From a virus (Duplodnaviria; Caudoviricetes), in the IMG/VR virus record IMGVR_UViG_3300010163_000012, positions 1-64,000 of that record: a stretch of DNA of 64,000 bases; one strand, given 5' to 3'. A model generated the notes under the pieces. The model was given only the letters and a program-made list of their open reading frames with translations, did no database searches and was not told where the DNA came from. Shown one piece after another: positions 17,605-30,830 of this stretch (positions within the stretch are counted from its first letter, which is position 1; every line of letters starts with the position of its first letter). The translations under genes and the position numbers were made by a program.

Positions 17605-20600
17605 TTAATCATTTTCGAGCGCCGGAATATTCAAATAATTGCACGCCTCTCTAACATTGTCAAGAAACTGAGAAAAGAAATCCTGCCATTCCAGATATTT
17701 GCCAATTCGATTGGCGATTTGCTGCAATTCATTATCTGTGACATCTGGAGAATAGCCAACATCTTCGAGGTCTGCCCGGCATAGACTAACTACTGAAATC
17801 TCGCTTACATGCGGTTCAATAGTAGCATCTTGAATTTCATTGGTCTCTATTTCTGGCAAATATTCAAGTATATCAAGAACGCTGCTTAATGCAATATGAT
17901 CAAGTTGAATAGTGTCTGTGAGGTCTAAGCTATTTTGCTCATCAATACCATAAAATTCAAGACCGCTGTCTCCCAAAATGATTGCTGTTACATAAAAAGA
18001 GCCTTGCTGTCCTTTATAGTATGTGTAAGCATCAACAATGGGAAGACACAATTCACTCAAGTCATCATTTTCATTGACGAAATAATAAGCACCGCCATTT
18101 GCCTTGATTGCATCCAGCAGTGCTTTGTTTGCATCGTCCTTTAACGAGGACCAACGCTCATTCAGGTTATCTATATTCATATTGAAATATTTGGTTAATT
18201 ATCAGGTTGCCAATCTGTATTAAGTTCGTAATCTCCCATTGGCTCAAATGTATAACTGGGAAGCATACCTTTTTCCATCATCTCATTGACAGTAGCAATC
18301 GCTTCGTCTTCTGATGCAGCTATAACTTGAATTGACCTGGCAAAATCCCAATGAATATCGACGTTTATATAAGTCGGAGGCAACGGACATTCGCCACTAT
18401 AGCAGCCATACCATGCTTCTAACGTCTCTTCGTTGTCGTAATATTGATAAGAAAGTTCCAAGTAAGCATCATTGACATCTGAGTATTTCCGGGGATTTGT
18501 TGAAGGCTGGGATTCATAGAGCGTTACTGCCTTTTCTAACAAGCCATCCTTTTTAGCAAGTTCTTCACAATAGCTATCCCAAAAAGAAGTAAAGAACTCA
18601 CAAACTTTCTTAGGATTGATTCCAAAGCTATTATTGTAATCAGAAATGTATATGCTCCCAAGTACAATTTCTTTGCGAAGTAGCCATAAATACTCAGGCT
18701 TGAACCACCCGTCTTCATCAAAATAGTCTTGTGTTTTCATCTTCTTGCAAATGTTATTAATGCCTGATACATTTGTTCAGCAAGATCATCCCAACTAATC
18801 ATTTGCTGGAGGTCTTCATCGTAGTTAGCTGTTTCACCAGCGAAAAAGTACGCTTGGTCACGGATTTCATCGGAAATGTGAAGACGACGCTGCTTATCAG
18901 ACTCATGTTTATACTCTTCAAGTAGCTTTGATATGGGAGTTTCAAACTCACCACATACCAGGCAGATATATTCCATACCGTCTGGTCCATCGCTTAACAG
19001 GTCAAGTTCTTCTCCGTTAGGCAGAGGAAATAAAAGTTTCATTAGTCAAATAATCCAGGAATTACAGGCTCCGCAGCAAGCGCAGCCTTACGTTGTTGTT
19101 CTTTTTTGTATTCTTCAATATGTTCAGAGAAAGCTTCCTTAAACTCATCCCAATCAAGATCGTAACGATATTTATTATCCTCTGGCCAATCATATTTATT
19201 GGGATTAATGTGATCTTGCCGATATTCTTTAAGAAAGCTAATATAGATGTCACGATACTCAAGGTAAAGTTCCCATTCTTCTTTGGCTTCATCAGTTTCA
19301 GGCTGTACCAAATGATAATCAGTAGATTCTATTACACAACTGTACACTAATTCATTGTTGTCTCGTAAACACCCAGCGTTTATTACATTAGCGAGATAGC
19401 CTATGAAATAACTGAGATAGCCATTATCAGGATCCCGTAAGAAATCATCGCACCATTCTTCTAAATCATTGCTCATAAACGATATGAAGCCGGAGCAACT
19501 GGAATGATTACGGCGGATTGTTTCCACCATATCATCGCGATTCTCAGGGGCATTTGCGAGTTTAATGAGTTTATTTACCAGCTCATCATAGTCTCCGATT
19601 TCTACATTGCAGAAAATCCGGTCTGTAGTAAAGTTGTACTCACGAGGGGAACTGATAGACTGAGCCACGAGCTTCAAATTCAAATCAAGCGTATCATTAA
19701 GCAGATCGATGTAAAATTCTGCAAATAGTTTAGCTATTTTATCACGATAGTCTGGACCAAATCCCCAATCATCAATGAATTGCAGAAATTCAATGTCCTC
19801 GTAATCGTCATATTTCATTTGTTGTATTTCGTCATACTCGTTTTCACTTTGTTCCCAATATCCTTGGTAAAATCCAGTAAAACCAAGTGCTTCAAGTTCT
19901 ATTTTCATATTTATTTATTATTAAAATGTTTCCGGGAATAGTGCTCGACCAATCTGATAGCCAAGCTCTTCGTAGCACAGCCAGCACATGAAAGTATAAT
20001 GAGGGACGCCATGCCGATTGTGAATTGGCCCACACTCATCTTCTATTTGCCTCTTATACTCTTCCATGTCGTCTATATGTTTAATATATATATGTTTGCA
20101 ATCAAAATTGTATATTAACATACCAATCATACCGGAAACGCAACCATGTTGAAGATCTTTGAAAAATCCAAGCGGAGTTTCGTAGTGCTGGGCATGATAC
20201 GCCATATCCAGCACAAAACCTTCAGCAAAGCTGGGTAGTGACGAATTGTCTGAGCCATCAAACCAACCGGCACAATCCCGGAACATATTAGTCAAAAACG
20301 TTTCAGTATCAGGCAGATTGTCGTAGCAGCCGTTTCCTTTGATACCGAAGAATGTTTTGTAAATTTGCTCGGCATCGTCCTGGAGGGCAAGCCACTCACG
20401 ACAATTTTCCGCTTCACAATTTGGGGATGGAATATAATCATCTATCCCCACTTCATCGCCTATGAACTCATTCTCCATGATAGCTCTGGCGGTTTCCTCA
20501 GTGGCATTTTCAAGGTATTCTTTCCACCACGAGAGGACATATTCATTAAAAGTTTTCATCGTTTGGGGTATTACAAGGTTATGTTCGGCTGACACAGATT

Positions 20601-23345
20601 ATTTTGCTACCTACTTGATATTTATTGTAGCTTCCATTCCATGAGTTGAGAATATTTGCCCAACCGTCTCTGTCAATAACCCATTTGCACCACTCTTTCA
20701 GACCCATTTCGGTTTGTTCTGCTCTTACGGCTTCACGCCACACATCATCGTAGCTGCCATCATCCATGTAGTCTTGGGCAACCTCTTCCAGTTCGTCATA
20801 AGTGCCCAGATAATATTCTGTTCCGTTAGCCTCATAAAGATTTCGCTTTTCGTCTGACACTTCAAAAGTAGCATCTAAGTCACCGAATGTATAACCGAGG
20901 TGCATACCGAGAGCGATAAACCTCTCAGCCTCTCGCTTGGTACAGCATCTGAGTTCCATAACCTTATTGATGATTTCAGTAGTTGCCTTGAAATTTTCAT
21001 CTGCCATATCAAAGACAGGATTGAGACTTTCAGTGAGTTCTGCCTCCTCTGCTTCTATTTCATCAAAGAGATCATTGATGATTTGCTGCATATCTTTTGG
21101 AAGCGGTTCGTGTAGCCAGCCCTTACCATAGCAATATCCTCTATCACTATAAAGTCCCTTCATGGCGAGGAACAGGCATCTTACATAGTAGTCAGTATGA
21201 TTGTGAGTGTCGTTGTAGAACCGTTTCTTCTCACCATCACCAAGGATATACAGAATTGGGTTGCCGTTCATCATGTCACTCACTACTTTGCGAACCCACG
21301 GCTCTACCATAATGTCGTACTGGAATATGTTATGGAGGATTTTCCACGCTACCACATCAAAATGCTTACGGAAATTTTTGTCATAACCACTAAAAGCCTC
21401 TACGAACTTATCATAGTCCTCTTTATACAGAGGACCACGCAGATATTCTTCTTGCTTGTCAGTACCTCCGCTCATACCACATAAATGATAACGATTCCAT
21501 AGGTCGAGCAGTTTCCTTTGGCCATCGGAACGTGGTTTGATGTGATTGTCTGTTTGTCCACAGCAATTTGGTCCATTACCACAGAATGAAGCCTCAAATG
21601 TTTCGTGATAATTCTCCAGAGTAAAACGGTTTCGGCGCTCATAATCAATAGAGCGTAACTCAAATTCAACCGTCCATGCGTTCTGCTCGGCATCACGGAA
21701 CCGAACCGAACGAGAAAATATTATGTTATTCATTTGATTTGTCTTTAAATTTCTTAGTCATCATTTCATCACGAAAATCTTCCAGTGTAGGAATCACTCC
21801 GTTTGTTACGTCGTTACCGATATTGTCTGCAAAAATTGAATGGAAAATCATTTGATTGTCATGGATTTCTGCAAGTAAATCATAATTATCTTCACTGTAT
21901 TCTGGATTATCTTCAACTTCACTGTAATAATCAAAACACCCATAGGCAATATCACCCAAAAGATTATATGATTTCTCATCGCCATTAGCTTTCAACTCAT
22001 CAATGAGATTATGAAACCACTCATCACAGTATTCTATCAATTCATCGTCATCGATGTAATTGGGGTCATGCTTGCGAGTGAAGTCTTGCTCATTTTCATA
22101 TCCGAGATGTCGGGCCACAGTGTCGAAATCAAACCAGAAAAGATCGTTTATTTCACTATCGCTGGGAAGCTTATCAGGCCATAATTCATCTATTAGGCTC
22201 TCACAAGCATCCAGCTCGTCAGATGAAAGCATACACGCACGGTCCTCGCCGCCACTCCAAAATTTGAAGTTGCTAAGGTTGTCTTCTACATAATATTTCA
22301 TAATATCAATAGTCTGTGATTAAATATTGAAATGAACTTTATTAGCATAGTCAATGGCTACTTGGCACGCTTTTCGTGTAAGATATTTGCCATGACACAA
22401 GTAAGTACTCCAACAATGACGTAGAGTATCAAAAACGCACCACCATTGTTTTCCGTCAATGGCAATGCGTTTTTCAGGGATAAATCTGGGAGTGCTCATG
22501 TGCTATGCGACTTCTTTTAGATTATGTTCGGAAACCACTTCTTCTATCAATTCTTCTGTTGCCATATAATATCCCCAACAAGAATCAATTTCTTCCCATT
22601 CAAAACTTTCTTCATCCTTTCGCTCTTCGTCTTTATATTTCTTAATGAATGGCACTTTCTTTTCCAAAACAAAGCCCTTAACATCGCCCCACATCCACAT
22701 ACCGATAAATACAACCTCACCATCAATTAATGTGTCAATTTTTGTCTTCCAATCTGTAGTATCAGTGTTAACCATTTTGGCGTATCGTTCCTTTGTACAG
22801 AAAGCCACACCTTCAACATAATCGCCCTGACAATAACCACTCGTTGACCATTCCTTGACGAATATGTCTTTGCCTAATTCGTTGAGAATCTGAACAACCT
22901 CTTCTCTGTCCATATTCTCAATAAACTCATCGGTATGATCGTAAGTATAAAGTTCTGAAGGGGCTACGCTAAAAATTTCTACATACCGTGAGTTATCACG
23001 CCATTCAAGGTGCCACATGTTTTCACTTCTATCGTAGCGCATACGATAGCCAACCAATTTTCCTTTCTTAATATAATTAAGCAGATCTTTCCACTCAACA
23101 TAGTCGGACACAAGAACTGCCAAAGCATCATCCAACGAATGATTGCTATTACCGTGCTTTCCGAACACTTCTGACCAATTACAAACATTGCTCAAACGAT
23201 GGTGATACCTGTCATTGTATTCAAACAAGAAACACGCTGCCATGTCCCAGCTTGTACATGGGCAATCGGTATCAGTATCGTAGTAAATGCAAATACGATA
23301 ATCGTCTATTACTTTTTCTGTTATTAATAAATCGTTCATAATCAA
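17605..23345 (-). CDS. Cluster of acidic, aromatic-rich hypothetical genes (17605-18180, 18195-18740, 18737-19042, 19042-19908, 19921-20595, 20579-21733, 21726-22301, 22503-23345)
   Basis: Overlapping or abutting co-oriented ORFs with visibly high D/E and Y/F/W content; no recognisable catalytic motif. Confidence 0.7.
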
Positions 23346-23433
23346 TTATATGTTTTAGACTGTTGTGGGTAAATACAAAACACCGCAGCCCAAAAATCAG
23401 ACTGCGGTGCCCAGCAAAACCTTCAACATATAT

Positions 23434-26400
23434 CTATTTATTACTCATTCGCGTCAAAATCTCTGCATGATAAATCATAGCGTCGTCCATTTTCCCACGC
23501 ATCAAGCTCTCCAAATATTCGTTCAACAATTTTGCATGGGTTAAATGCTTTGCTTTATACTGCGGAGTGGCCCGACGTCTAATCTCTTTGGTTTCTTCTT
23601 CCGATAAGACTCTCACTGGAGCATTACCATGTAGTTCAATCACTCTACCTTTGATTTCTATAAACCTATGCTTTCCCATAAAGATCATTCTTCAAATGGT
23701 TCTCCGGTAATCATCGACAGAACTAATTTATGTGCTCGCATAAGTCCTTCACGATAACCTCTTGCATAGCCTTCACGATTACTCAGCCAACATGGATAAT
23801 TCTCAGCCCACTCACGAATTTTCGCTAAGATTTGCGCTTCAGAACGTTCTTTTGTTTCTTCTTGGCTGAATATTTTCCGTTCATCGTGATAATTTTCCAT
23901 CACCCACTTTAAAAGTAACCGGCAATTTTCAGAGCCAAGTTCCGCATAGAACCTGACAAGGTATGAGTGTGAGTCTGCATCATGTGTAGCTAAGTGCCAC
24001 TTGGAAAGGATATGGTCAAAATTACATGTCCACTCAATTTCAACAAGAAATCGAGGCAGAACCTCAATTTGTTTTTCACCATGAACATTTATCCATTCAT
24101 GCTCTATACATGGATAATTCCAGCCAAAGAATACCCACTTATTTATGGCATTAATAGCCATTTGCATTTGTTCTGTCATATACTTTCAATTTAAGTGTGT
24201 GATGACCAGCCATACTGAGGTGTAAGTTGGACGGAATTATTGGTTTGATAGCCCGTTTCCGGCCATCCATGAAATATAATACAACCATAAAGTTTAGATT
24301 CGCCATTAACAAACTCGCAGAATGAAAACTCATTGCGATACTCATTATACCTCACGAAAATTTTATGCTCCTTGGCAATTTGACGGTATCTTCGGAAACG
24401 TTTCAAACACTCCATTAAACTATCGTTCCCATGATTTCGACAATCTTGAATAAGTCTTTTCAAATGACTCAAAGATATGTTCTCTATTTTTACCACAATT
24501 TTAGACACAGTAGGTATCTTTTCATGCTTTTGTTCCCACTCAACAACCACAGGGCTGATAATATCTCGAATGATTTCACGAGCTTGTTCAACGCTTACTT
24601 CACGTAATCCGTCCAATGTCACATAATAAATTGTCTCTTTGACTTCACCGCAACTGGGATAAAGATATGCGTGAAACCAGCTATTTTTCTGAGCTATGTC
24701 ATATCTCAGCGTCTCGTTCTCGAAATACTGCTTTTTGAAATCAGCCAGTTTGAGGAGATAAGTATGCGTCGGAGCCACCATCCACAAAAAAGGGAAAGCT
24801 TTCACGCCTTCCATGGAAATATACCTTGCATCATACTTTTCAAAATCTGACTGGAATGAGGTCATGGTTGCTGCTACAACCTCAGCCATTTTGTTTAATA
24901 CAGTCGTTACCATGTTGTTCAAATGCTGATTATTTTACGATACGACAACTCTCCGGTAAAACCTCGTCTGCGAAGTTCTCCACATAAGGCTTCATCAGAT
25001 AATTCTGACACATCAACAACATTGCGTCTCGATGTTGTTGTTTTGGTAAGTCCATGCTTCTTGCATGTATTACACCGGTATGAGAGGCCATCTGCTGCGT
25101 TTTTATTCTTGCTAAACTCAGATAATGGCAATGTCTTCCCACACACACCACATACTTTTGTTTGTTCCATGTTACTTGTCTTCTATTATATTAATGGCTT
25201 TTATGGTTTTGAAACCACACCGAGAACCCCATCGGCCCACAGTGCTTCTTTCGACATTCAGGTTAGGATGCTCACATGCCCAAGCTATAATCTCGCCAAA
25301 CAGCCCATCCTTCAGCCACTTTTCGTTAGAATACTTTTCTATTACTTTCTCAACCTCTTTTCTTTTGTCTCCATCAATAATGAGAAACATTACACCGACC
25401 CCGTCAGCACCTTTTAGAACCACTGCGGTTTCGTGCATATCTCTTGCATAACTGATATAGCCGGAGCCAAGGTCAAGAATGGTGTTATGGGCAAAAATCC
25501 TTATGCCGCAAACATCAATTGGCTTTTGCGTTTCAAACTTATGTTCCATATTGTTTCATTAAAATGTTCGATGAGCCATATCAAGTTTCTTTTGCATACT
25601 CACAGCATGTGCTTTCCACCACAGTTTGTACACTGGGGTTTCAATGTTAAAGTAACGCTTCCAGAAGTGTTTTGCAATCCACAGCAAAGACCTCATAATT
25701 ACACAGCAAAGAGCCATGAGCAGGTCATTTGTAAGGGATAATATACGTAGCGTGAGGCTTTCTGAGTTTTGATTGTTGTTTGTCATAATGCTATAAATTT
25801 GGAACAAATGTGAAGACCGGCTGACAATGACATGAAAGACTGTCGTTTAATACGAGAGAGCCTACCATTCTCCTGCCAGATTTTATTGACTCTATCACGT
25901 TTTCATACGTTGAGTGGTCAACGAAAATCTCAGCATCAAATAGATTGGCATCAGCATCGTCATAACGGATACAATACGCATCGTCATACTCGTATTCTTC
26001 CGTAACATATTCTGAACTGAAGAACATTCCAGATATAGGCTTGTTCTCATCCAAATATATTTTTTCAACTTCGGACTTTCCAAAAATGTCATTGCTTTCA
26101 ATGTAGGCAGAAATAAGTAGTACCCCCACAGCTATCACCATGAGAGCACAGAACATTGTTAACGCTTTCATTTCCTTTTACGCTGGGTATAAATATAATT
26201 AGTGTACACGCCATTGCTTGTGCAAGTGGCAACTTTCACTGCTTTGTGAGGCTTTCCCCACAGGGTATAAATTGTTGTTTTCATTACTTTTCGTGTATAA
26301 AAATAGCCGCAACCAGATTGCTCCGATTGCGGCTATTGACATGATTATGAACTATGTTTATAACGCTTCTAAAATTCTTCTCGCTCTCGCTTCCACACGA

Positions 26401-26978
26401 CACTCAAACATAAGTTTCTCAGATTTAATTCTCTGGGCGTTGGCTTCCTCAAAAGAAATACGACACCGACCGCTTTTTTTGCTTCGGATAGGTCGAGCAA
26501 GGTCATAAAATTCTTGCTCTTTCCGTCTTGCGGTTTTGATGGCGTGGTATTGCGCTTTTGACATAGGGGTGTCATACTCTTGCGTACAAAGTGGCTTCGT
26601 GAGTGCGCTATACACACTCTTCCAGTTGTCCCAAGTCACCATAGTGGCGCTTTTTCCAATCCAAGCAATAGAATATCCGCTTTTGAGCATCAGACCGAGG
26701 TGTTTGGCATAACAGACCTGACGCATTACAGGCTCAATAAGTGTTTCCTTTTTACCTCTCATGCACACCATGACTTCCGAGTTTGTCTGTATGCTCGTAT
26801 CGAGCATTTGCCAGAACTTTGGCGACAACTTTTGTCCGAGATTTGCCGCCATATCGTAAAGCATTTCCCACGCTTTTTCGCTTACGTGGGACGTGTATTT
26901 TTCTGCATCTGTCTGGGCAGTTGCTATGCTTTTAAGCGCAGATATTTGCGCATCCGAGAATATATTTCCAAGTGTCAT
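23434..26978 (-). CDS. Cluster of small hypothetical genes (23434-23688, 23685-24179, 24191-24922, 24919-25170, 25172-25549, 25559-25807, 25791-26171, 26358-26978)
   Basis: Co-oriented and tightly packed. 24919-25170 has CxxC...CxxC; 25791-26171 has an N-terminal TM/signal segment. Confidence 0.6.
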
Positions 26979-27237
26979 TTTGCTTTTGATTGACCGGCTC
27001 CTTTGACCGGGGGAAAATCTGAAAAACTTACGCGTTTAGGGCTTTTCATTACGTTACAACGCATTATATGTGGATGTCTAATGTGATGCACGACAAGCGT
27101 ATGTGTACGTTGTGCGAGTGGACGCATTGCCTACGTGGACGCAATATGCAAGCGTGTGCATTGTGGATGCGCATACTTGCATAAGAAAACCACCCAACCC
27201 CGAAGGGCTGAGTGGCAGTCGTATTGCGGTCGGTAGG

Positions 27238-27876
27238 TTATGCGGCCTTGTCGGTTTCGGTCGCTTGTACGGGCGCCGGTTCGGCTGCATTGCCCACAGC
27301 GGCGTTGTACATGTTCTCAGCTTTGGCGAGGATAGCACTGCGAAGGTTGGCTTGCTTTGCAATAGCCTTTGCCGTTGTTTTGAGCAGTTCGGAGAGTGCT
27401 TCTCCCTCAGCCGTGAGCAGAGGCGAGGTTTTCTTGACGTTCAGGTTGGTGTGTCGTAGCAACAAGCCGTCGTCGAGCGTGAGGGCGTTTTTGAGTTTTC
27501 CGTCGCTATCGGTCTTGTACACCACGTTACCTGCAAGCCAACGTGTGAACGTGCTCTTGGCGGTTAGTTTCGTTTCGATTTTTTCACCATTCACGACGAC
27601 GATTTTGAAAGCCGTTGCGAAGCCGTTACGCTCTTGTGCGTCTGCCACCATGAGAGCGAGCAGGGGAAGCAGGATGCCGTCACCAGATGTGCGACGCACG
27701 CCCTCAACTGCCATGAACTCGGTTACTTCTTGCATCTCTCCGTCGATGCGCTTTTTTGCGTTACGCAGGAGCACCGCTGCATTTGCGGGCATTGTGTTCA
27801 CGTTGAGTTCACCAAAAGTTACGTTGAACTTGATTTCGTTTGCGCTGTTTGACTTGTTAGTTTTAGCCATAATCAT
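27238..27876 (-). CDS. Ala/Lys-rich hypothetical protein (likely start 27876 or 27870, MAKTNK)
   Basis: Protein-like composition begins at MIMAKT; followed by a terminator-like stem at ~27186-27216; promoter TATATTTG at 28241-28248. Confidence 0.65.
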   Translation of the reverse strand: MIMAKTNKSNSANEIKFNVTFGELNVNTMPANAAVLLRNAKKRIDGEMQEVTEFMAVEGVRRTSGDGILLPLLALMVADAQERNGFATAFKIVVVNGEKIETKLTAKSTFTRWLAGNVVYKTDSDGKLKNALTLDDGLLLRHTNLNVKKTSPLLTAEGEALSELLKTTAKAIAKQANLRSAILAKAENMYNAAVGNAAEPAPVQATETDKAA

Positions 27877-28349
27877 GTCGGCTCGGTCCTTGTGCCTATG
27901 TGTAGCCCACACACCGCCTTCCGTGTGTCGGGTGATTAAAAATTTACGCTTGACTCTGCCTGTTGCATTGCTACCAAATGCAATTTTCGCCTTGTCACGA
28001 GCGGACATAGTACGAGCCTATGTTCGGGGGCATTAAGCGTGTCAGCATGATATGCAGTTTAGTCCTGTTACCCTACACGTACTCAGTGCGTCAAACGCAA
28101 ATTTCCGTCACTCTCCGAGGGCTATCTTGTGCTCACGTTATGCGCCATAAGGCTCACACAACGCTTTTCGCATATCAATCATTTCAAAGAACTTAATTGC
28201 CGTACTTTCAAACACCTGCCGATGTTGATTTCGGACGTTGCAAATATATGGCTGTAAGTGATTGATTTCCAAATATTTTTGCGAAAAATTTTGAGAAATT
28301 TGGCGCGTGAGTCGAAGACGGCGCGTGAAAAATTTAGTGGGCAAGGAGG

Positions 28350-29260
28350 CGCAAAAATGGGCGTTCCCACGTGACCTGGGTATGGGCGCCTCATAGTGGG
28401 CGCACCCATTTTGCACGCTCATCCCCACGTGCCGTTGGCACCCACGATATATGGCCACGCTCGCACACGGAAGCCCAAAATCGCATCATATTTGGACACC
28501 AACGCACGTGCCATATCGGACACCCATAAGTGCCCATCAATTGCATCCACTCGCCCACGTAAATTTGGTCGTGCAGATGTCCCCAAACACGCTCATATTT
28601 GTCCACGCAAGTCCACGAATTTCGCACCCCAAACAGCAGGCGGTCTCCCACGTTTCAGGCACAATTTGGACGGCCATGAATTGTTATGGACGGTCATCCG
28701 AAATTTTGAGCATCCATAGCCGTCCACGAAATTGGACCGCCACACACGTTATTGGGTGCCCAATGATTGTCGGCTATTGGTCGTCCATGTCACGCGAATG
28801 TTCGTCCACAAGTTTTTATGGACAGCCACACGATATGTTTGGGCATCCAGCACACAACAAATGCGCGTCCACATATTGTTTACGGGCTCCCACATATTAC
28901 AGCTGGGAGCCAACGTGATACGCGTGGACGCACACATACTATATATGGGCACTCACGCATTATATGCGGGCATCCAGCACGCATCGTATGGCCACCCAAA
29001 CATGAAGCGAACTTCACGCATTTTTGGGCTACCACACATTGCCGATGGACAGCCACGATGTTTTGCGGACATCCACGAATATGGCTGGCAGCTCACACAT
29101 TTAAGTGGGCGACCATGATTTTTCGTTGCTGCCCATATCACCAGCATGGCCACCCACGAAAAATTTGGAGCCTCATGCGTTTTGCTGGGCTACCACGTGA
29201 ACTCTCTTGGGCACCCATGTGCATGTAGTGGGCGCGTATGTTAGGCACCCATGCACGTAC
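28350..29260. repeat. Degenerate ~21-bp-period array of TGG-N4-CCA palindromes
   Basis: Examples: tggacagcca 28819, tgggcatcca 28840, cgggctccca 28883, cgggcatcca 28967, tggccaccca 28989, tgggctacca 29025, tggacagcca 29046, tgggcgacca 29106, tggccaccca 29147, tgggctacca 29186, tgggcaccca 29208. Confidence 0.7.
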
Positions 29261-29445
29261 ACGGCGCACGCACTGTGCAAGTGTGGGCATGAGTGAGCGC
29301 ACACGTGTACAGATGGGCGCGTATATGTACGCATACACGCGAATGTGGGTACGCATATACGCATTGTGGGCGCACACGTAAGGAACGGCAACAACCCCCT
29401 ACCCAGAGGGTAGGAGGCTGCATGGCGACCGGTTTGAGCGGTGTT

Positions 29446-29934
29446 TTATAGCTTTGCTATAACGGCTTGAATGAGCGACTTTGCCTGTTTCGGTTCTGCC
29501 TTGCCGACAAGTTTGTCGAAGTCACCCGAAGGGTGAAGGCTGAGGAACACTGTCTTTGCGACCTCTTCGAGGTCGAGGTTGCCGAGTGCGGTGTCTTTTG
29601 CGTGCTTGTAGCCCTTGCGACTGGCGAAGCCAGCAAGCAGCGAGTACGAGTAAGGGCGGATGTTCGGTTGCAACTTCGTTGCAAGTTTTTGGGTTTTGCC
29701 GTTTTTGTCCGTTGTTTTGCCAAAGGCAAAGCCTTCGTTTTCGTCTTTCCCAAAGGCTTCGCCTTTGACTGCCATTGCAAGCAGGGTTGCCGTGTGGTTG
29801 AAAACCACAGCCCACATATCTCTGGTCTCCACTACACGTAGTGTAGTGCTTTTTTGTGCATTAGCGGTTTCAGACTTGGTAACAACTACGTTGTTAGCGA
29901 CTACGTTTGCGGATGTTTTTGCAGTTTTTGCCAT
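29446..29934 (-). CDS. Basic Ala/Lys-rich hypothetical protein (MAKTAK...)
   Basis: Own promoter (TACCTTTG, 29996-30003) and a downstream stem CCTACCC/GGGTAGG at ~29398-29414. Confidence 0.7.
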   Translation of the reverse strand: MAKTAKTSANVVANNVVVTKSETANAQKSTTLRVVETRDMWAVVFNHTATLLAMAVKGEAFGKDENEGFAFGKTTDKNGKTQKLATKLQPNIRPYSYSLLAGFASRKGYKHAKDTALGNLDLEEVAKTVFLSLHPSGDFDKLVGKAEPKQAKSLIQAVIAKL

Positions 29935-30049
29935 GATGTTGAAAATTTTGATTTTACCGAAACCCGTCGGCGGCGGTTTGTCGTGATTGACGGTGCAAAG
30001 GTAGGGTCGAAACTGTGGGTGCTACGTGCCTGTCTCTTCGCCTGTTTCC

Positions 30050-30830
30050 GCAAGCATAATGCGCAGGAGAAAGAGCGCGTGAGAGTCTTAGCGCGTCCAG
30101 CGCGAGTTTCCCTGCGTGCGTGGTGGGTCATGTGCGCACCCATTATGCGGGATTGTCTATTGCGCACTTGGGCGCACACGGTAATGCGCACCGGCATACT
30201 TGGGTGTGCGTCCGGACGCAACATGGGCGTACTTGGGCGCATTATGGGCGTGCATGATTGCGAGTGGGCGCAAGTGGGCACACACTTACGCATCTGGGCA
30301 TACACGCACGTTATCGTGGGCGCACACTACACGCGCCCATACACGACCGCTCACACGTTTCGCACACGGTCTCACGCACAAGGCAAAGCCTTCACGCACA
30401 AGACCGTACAGGGGCATGACAGGGCGTGAATGGGCGCACGTTATGCAACACGCTGATGCTCAGGCACTACCATGCGCACATTATGGGCGCACAGTAGTCG
30501 CAACCGCACACACTTAGGCGCAAACGTGGGCACGGGAGGGAGTCCGTGTGTGAGTAGCAATTTCTTACAGAAATTGGGGTGCTGGGAGGGTCGGACGGAC
30601 GCCCACATGCTTGCGTGCGCACCCACCTACACGCACATGGGCGTAAACCCGAAGGGTTTCACTTTTGCACAAAGTGAAAGTTGGAAAGCGTTGATTTTCA
30701 AGCATTTGCAGCTTATTATGCGCACACGCCCACGCAGGATTGTAACCATGCGCCCACTCGCGGTTGTTAATCGCGCACGCACGCAAAAATACGCGGGTGG
30801 GTGTGCCCAATGGTGGGGGTTCCATATATA
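30050..30830. repeat. GC-rich low-complexity tract of TGGGCG/CGCAC/ACACG motifs
   Basis: Numerous TGGGCRY copies; only spurious overlapping ORFs. Confidence 0.55.
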
